64,000 bases of DNA from positions 88,846,001-88,910,000 of the forward strand of contig NC_043005.1 in assembly GCF_006345805.1 (NCBI RefSeq), in the 5' to 3' direction. Positions 61,589 to 64,000 of the stretch are shown here, piece after piece. A program made the position numbers and the translations under genes. The stretch comes from Octopus sinensis (taxonomy: Eukaryota). The first letter of the stretch is position 1; each line of letters opens with the position of its first letter. The notes beneath the pieces were generated by a model. The model did no database searches, was not told where the DNA came from, and saw nothing but the letters and a program-made list of their open reading frames with translations.

Positions 61589-64000
61589 AGAAAATAGTAA
61601 AGAGTGAAAAAACGACAGAAGGCTTAAATGTTAAAAAATATATATATTTGCGTCAAAATGTCTGGAGAATATTGGAAAAATTTTTTTCCCTCCTTAAAAT
61701 GACATCATTTTATAATTTTTAAAGAAATACCGGTTTCGCAGTTAGCTCTTCAAATTTCTTGTGACTTAATGTTTATTTTTAATAACGTAATCCTTGTATT
61801 TTTGCTACGGAGAGTTCTAGATAAGGGAAAGTAGTGAGTGATTTCTTCCGGTGTAAGGGAGATAATCGCTTAAAAATTTTTTTTTCCTTTAGTGTGAATT
61901 TCTCTGTATTATTGAGTTCGGATAGTTGAGTCTGGGTTTGTACTTTTCAATGAAGAATGTTTCCTTATTTAGTCTAATTTGTGATGATGATCCGAAAGCA
62001 CATTGGTAAAATGGAAAGATTAAAAATTGTGGTTGTAGTTGCTTTGCGCATTTCTCAATGTGTTCACTAAAAGGTATCATTCTATATTCTGGGAATGCAA
62101 TCTGTTGTCGATGCAGTGTGCATCTACGTCTGAGTGATAGTCCCGTGGACCCCACGTAGTCTTGGTGGCAGCCCGAGCATTTAATGACATAAATTATGTT
62201 TTCAGAGGCACAAGTAAAGTTAGATTTGATCTTGAATTTCTGTCCCTCTTTAAAGAAGAATTCTGATCCTTCCAATAGGTTAGGACATGTTGCACAGTTC
62301 GATCTACCACATTTTTTTACTTTTGCATCCGTAATTTTAGAAGACAATTTTGCCTTTGTGAGAATCTTTTTAAGTGATTTAGGCTGTTTGTAGCTTTTAA
62401 TGATTTGGTGTATGTTTAGAATTTCCTTTAATTTTGGGTTTTTATGAAGTATTGGTAAATTCTGGGTGATGATGGTGAAAGCTTCTTTGTTTCTGGGGTT
62501 GTATGTAGATATGTAAGGTAGTATTTTCGGGGAAGGTGTGTTGTTGTGTTGAACTTTTCTTAAAGTTTCTATGTTGATTTCTGTTGCACGTCTGATCCCA
62601 TCCTCTATGAGTTGCGTTGGGTAATGTCTGTCAATTAAGGTGTTTTTGAGTTCTTGCAGTCTGAAGTTCCTGGTGTTTTGTTCTGACACTATTGTGCATA
62701 TCCTTCTTGCAAGGTTGAAGGGGATGTTTGTTTTAGTGTGTCTTGGGTGGCATGAACTAAAAAGAAGGTATTGTTTGGCGTCTGTGGCTTTGTAGAAAAT
62801 GTCTGTTTCTATTTTAAGGTTAATTTTTTAATTAGTATATCCAAGAACGGGAGTTCCTTTGGTTGTATTCCATTGTGAACTGTATATTTGGGTTCATGCT
62901 GTTCAATAGGTTTTTAAATTTTAAGAGTTTATCTGTGTTTTCATTCCAGAGAATAAAACAATCGTCCAAGAATCGTTTCCAGTTCTCTTTTATGTATTGA
63001 GAGAGGGGGTTTCCAAAGATTGATAAGGATTCCTGGTAAATGGTTATTTCCATGTATCCCATTGTTAAGTTCGCAATGACTGGTGCTGCCCTTGTACCCA
63101 TAGCAATTCCGGATTTTTGACGGTAAAATGTATTGTCAAACATGAAGTGGTTATTGTGTAGGATGAATTCAATTGATTTAGTAATGAATTCTTTACTGAT
63201 CCTTTTTGGTATTTCTTCCGGAAATTGGTCTAACCAGAACTGAATTGCTTCCAGTCCATAATTATGAGGTATACTGGTATACAAGTTGACTACATCAAAT
63301 GAAACCAGGATTGTTTCTTCCTTGGCTTTTTTTGGGAGGTGGTTTAACATATCTAAGTCATCTCTGATATGGCTATCGATATGTTTAAGGAAGGGTTTCA
63401 GGAGGATGTCCATAAGCAGACTTAGTCTGTGTGTTTCACAGGTTGGGCCAGCTACAATGGGTCGTAGTTTTAGGTCCCCCGGGTTGGGTGTGTGTATGTA
63501 TGTCTTTGGTGATTTTTTAATGGTTTCATTTATAATTTGACTTTTATGAATTTTTGGCAGACCATAGAAAAGGCTAGGTTTGCATTTGAAGTTTGTTAGG
63601 AAATCAATCTCTTTGGTTGTTAGTTCCTTTTCATGGGTTTTAATTAGTGAAGATAGAGTTTTCATTATTTTTTGTGGGGTGTAGTAGGTAATTTTTTCAT
63701 AATGTAGGTCGTCATCAAGCAAGGAAATTACAAGATTTCTGTAGTATGATGTATCCATTATTACAACTGCATTTCCCTTGTCTGCTTCCTTAATGGTTAT
63801 ATCCTCATCATTTTGAAGTTCTATCAGTTCTTTCCATTGTGTAGTGTTAAAATTTGGGTTAGCTTTCTGTTTATGTATAGTATGGTAGGGGAAGTTCTCA
63901 ATGTGGTTACAGAATTCGTCAAGATCTTTATTTCTTCCTCTGTGTGGGATGTGTTCACTTTCGTTCTTGACTAGTGATTCATCTTCAGTATTGAAACTGG
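61589..64000 (-). mobile_element. Penelope-like retroelement, nearly intact, running off the window edge
   Basis: Open from the edge: KEADKG, YGLPKIHK, LRPIVA, SFDVVNLYT, GIAMGT, RFLDD, then SCHP, CGRSNCATC, IIYVIKC..YVGSTG (GIY-YIG), stop at 61889; two 1-bp A-run frameshifts at about 62825-62860. Confidence 0.96.
61722..61760 (-). ncRNA. Minimal hammerhead-like motif in the 3' region of the PLE
   Basis: aagaaat-TTGAAGA-gc taact gc-GAAA-c cg GTA-tttctt; palindromic stem III ACCGGT; first core base U instead of C and one extra U. Confidence 0.65.

Overview
Repeat-dense eukaryotic genomic DNA. The (TA)n/(TACA)n/(TAA)n microsatellite load and the SINE/RTE families resemble an octopus genome (my inference, not verified). 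Host-gene content is four small minus-strand exons of SLC22/organic-cation-transporter type: the last two exons of one gene (59861-60024, 58138-58216) and two early exons of a second, downstream paralog (20672-20893, 5689-5792), one of them 1 bp out of frame. None of the four is called in its coding frame by the ORF track. The rest is mobile DNA: RTE, CR1-group, R4/Dong and Tx1-like LINEs, a nearly intact Penelope-like element (PLE), five Helitrons, mariner elements, modular tRNA-SINEs and a 59-bp satellite. The main unannotated signals are (i) about ten minimal type I hammerhead-ribozyme motifs, including two tandem retrozyme-like repeats and one motif just 3' of the PLE ORF, (ii) a composite Tx1-like insertion in which an ORF1-only (HAL1-like) unit follows an ORF2 tail, and (iii) several fold-back palindromes beside (TA)n. 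All alignments and folds were done by eye; boundaries of degenerate repeats are approximate.
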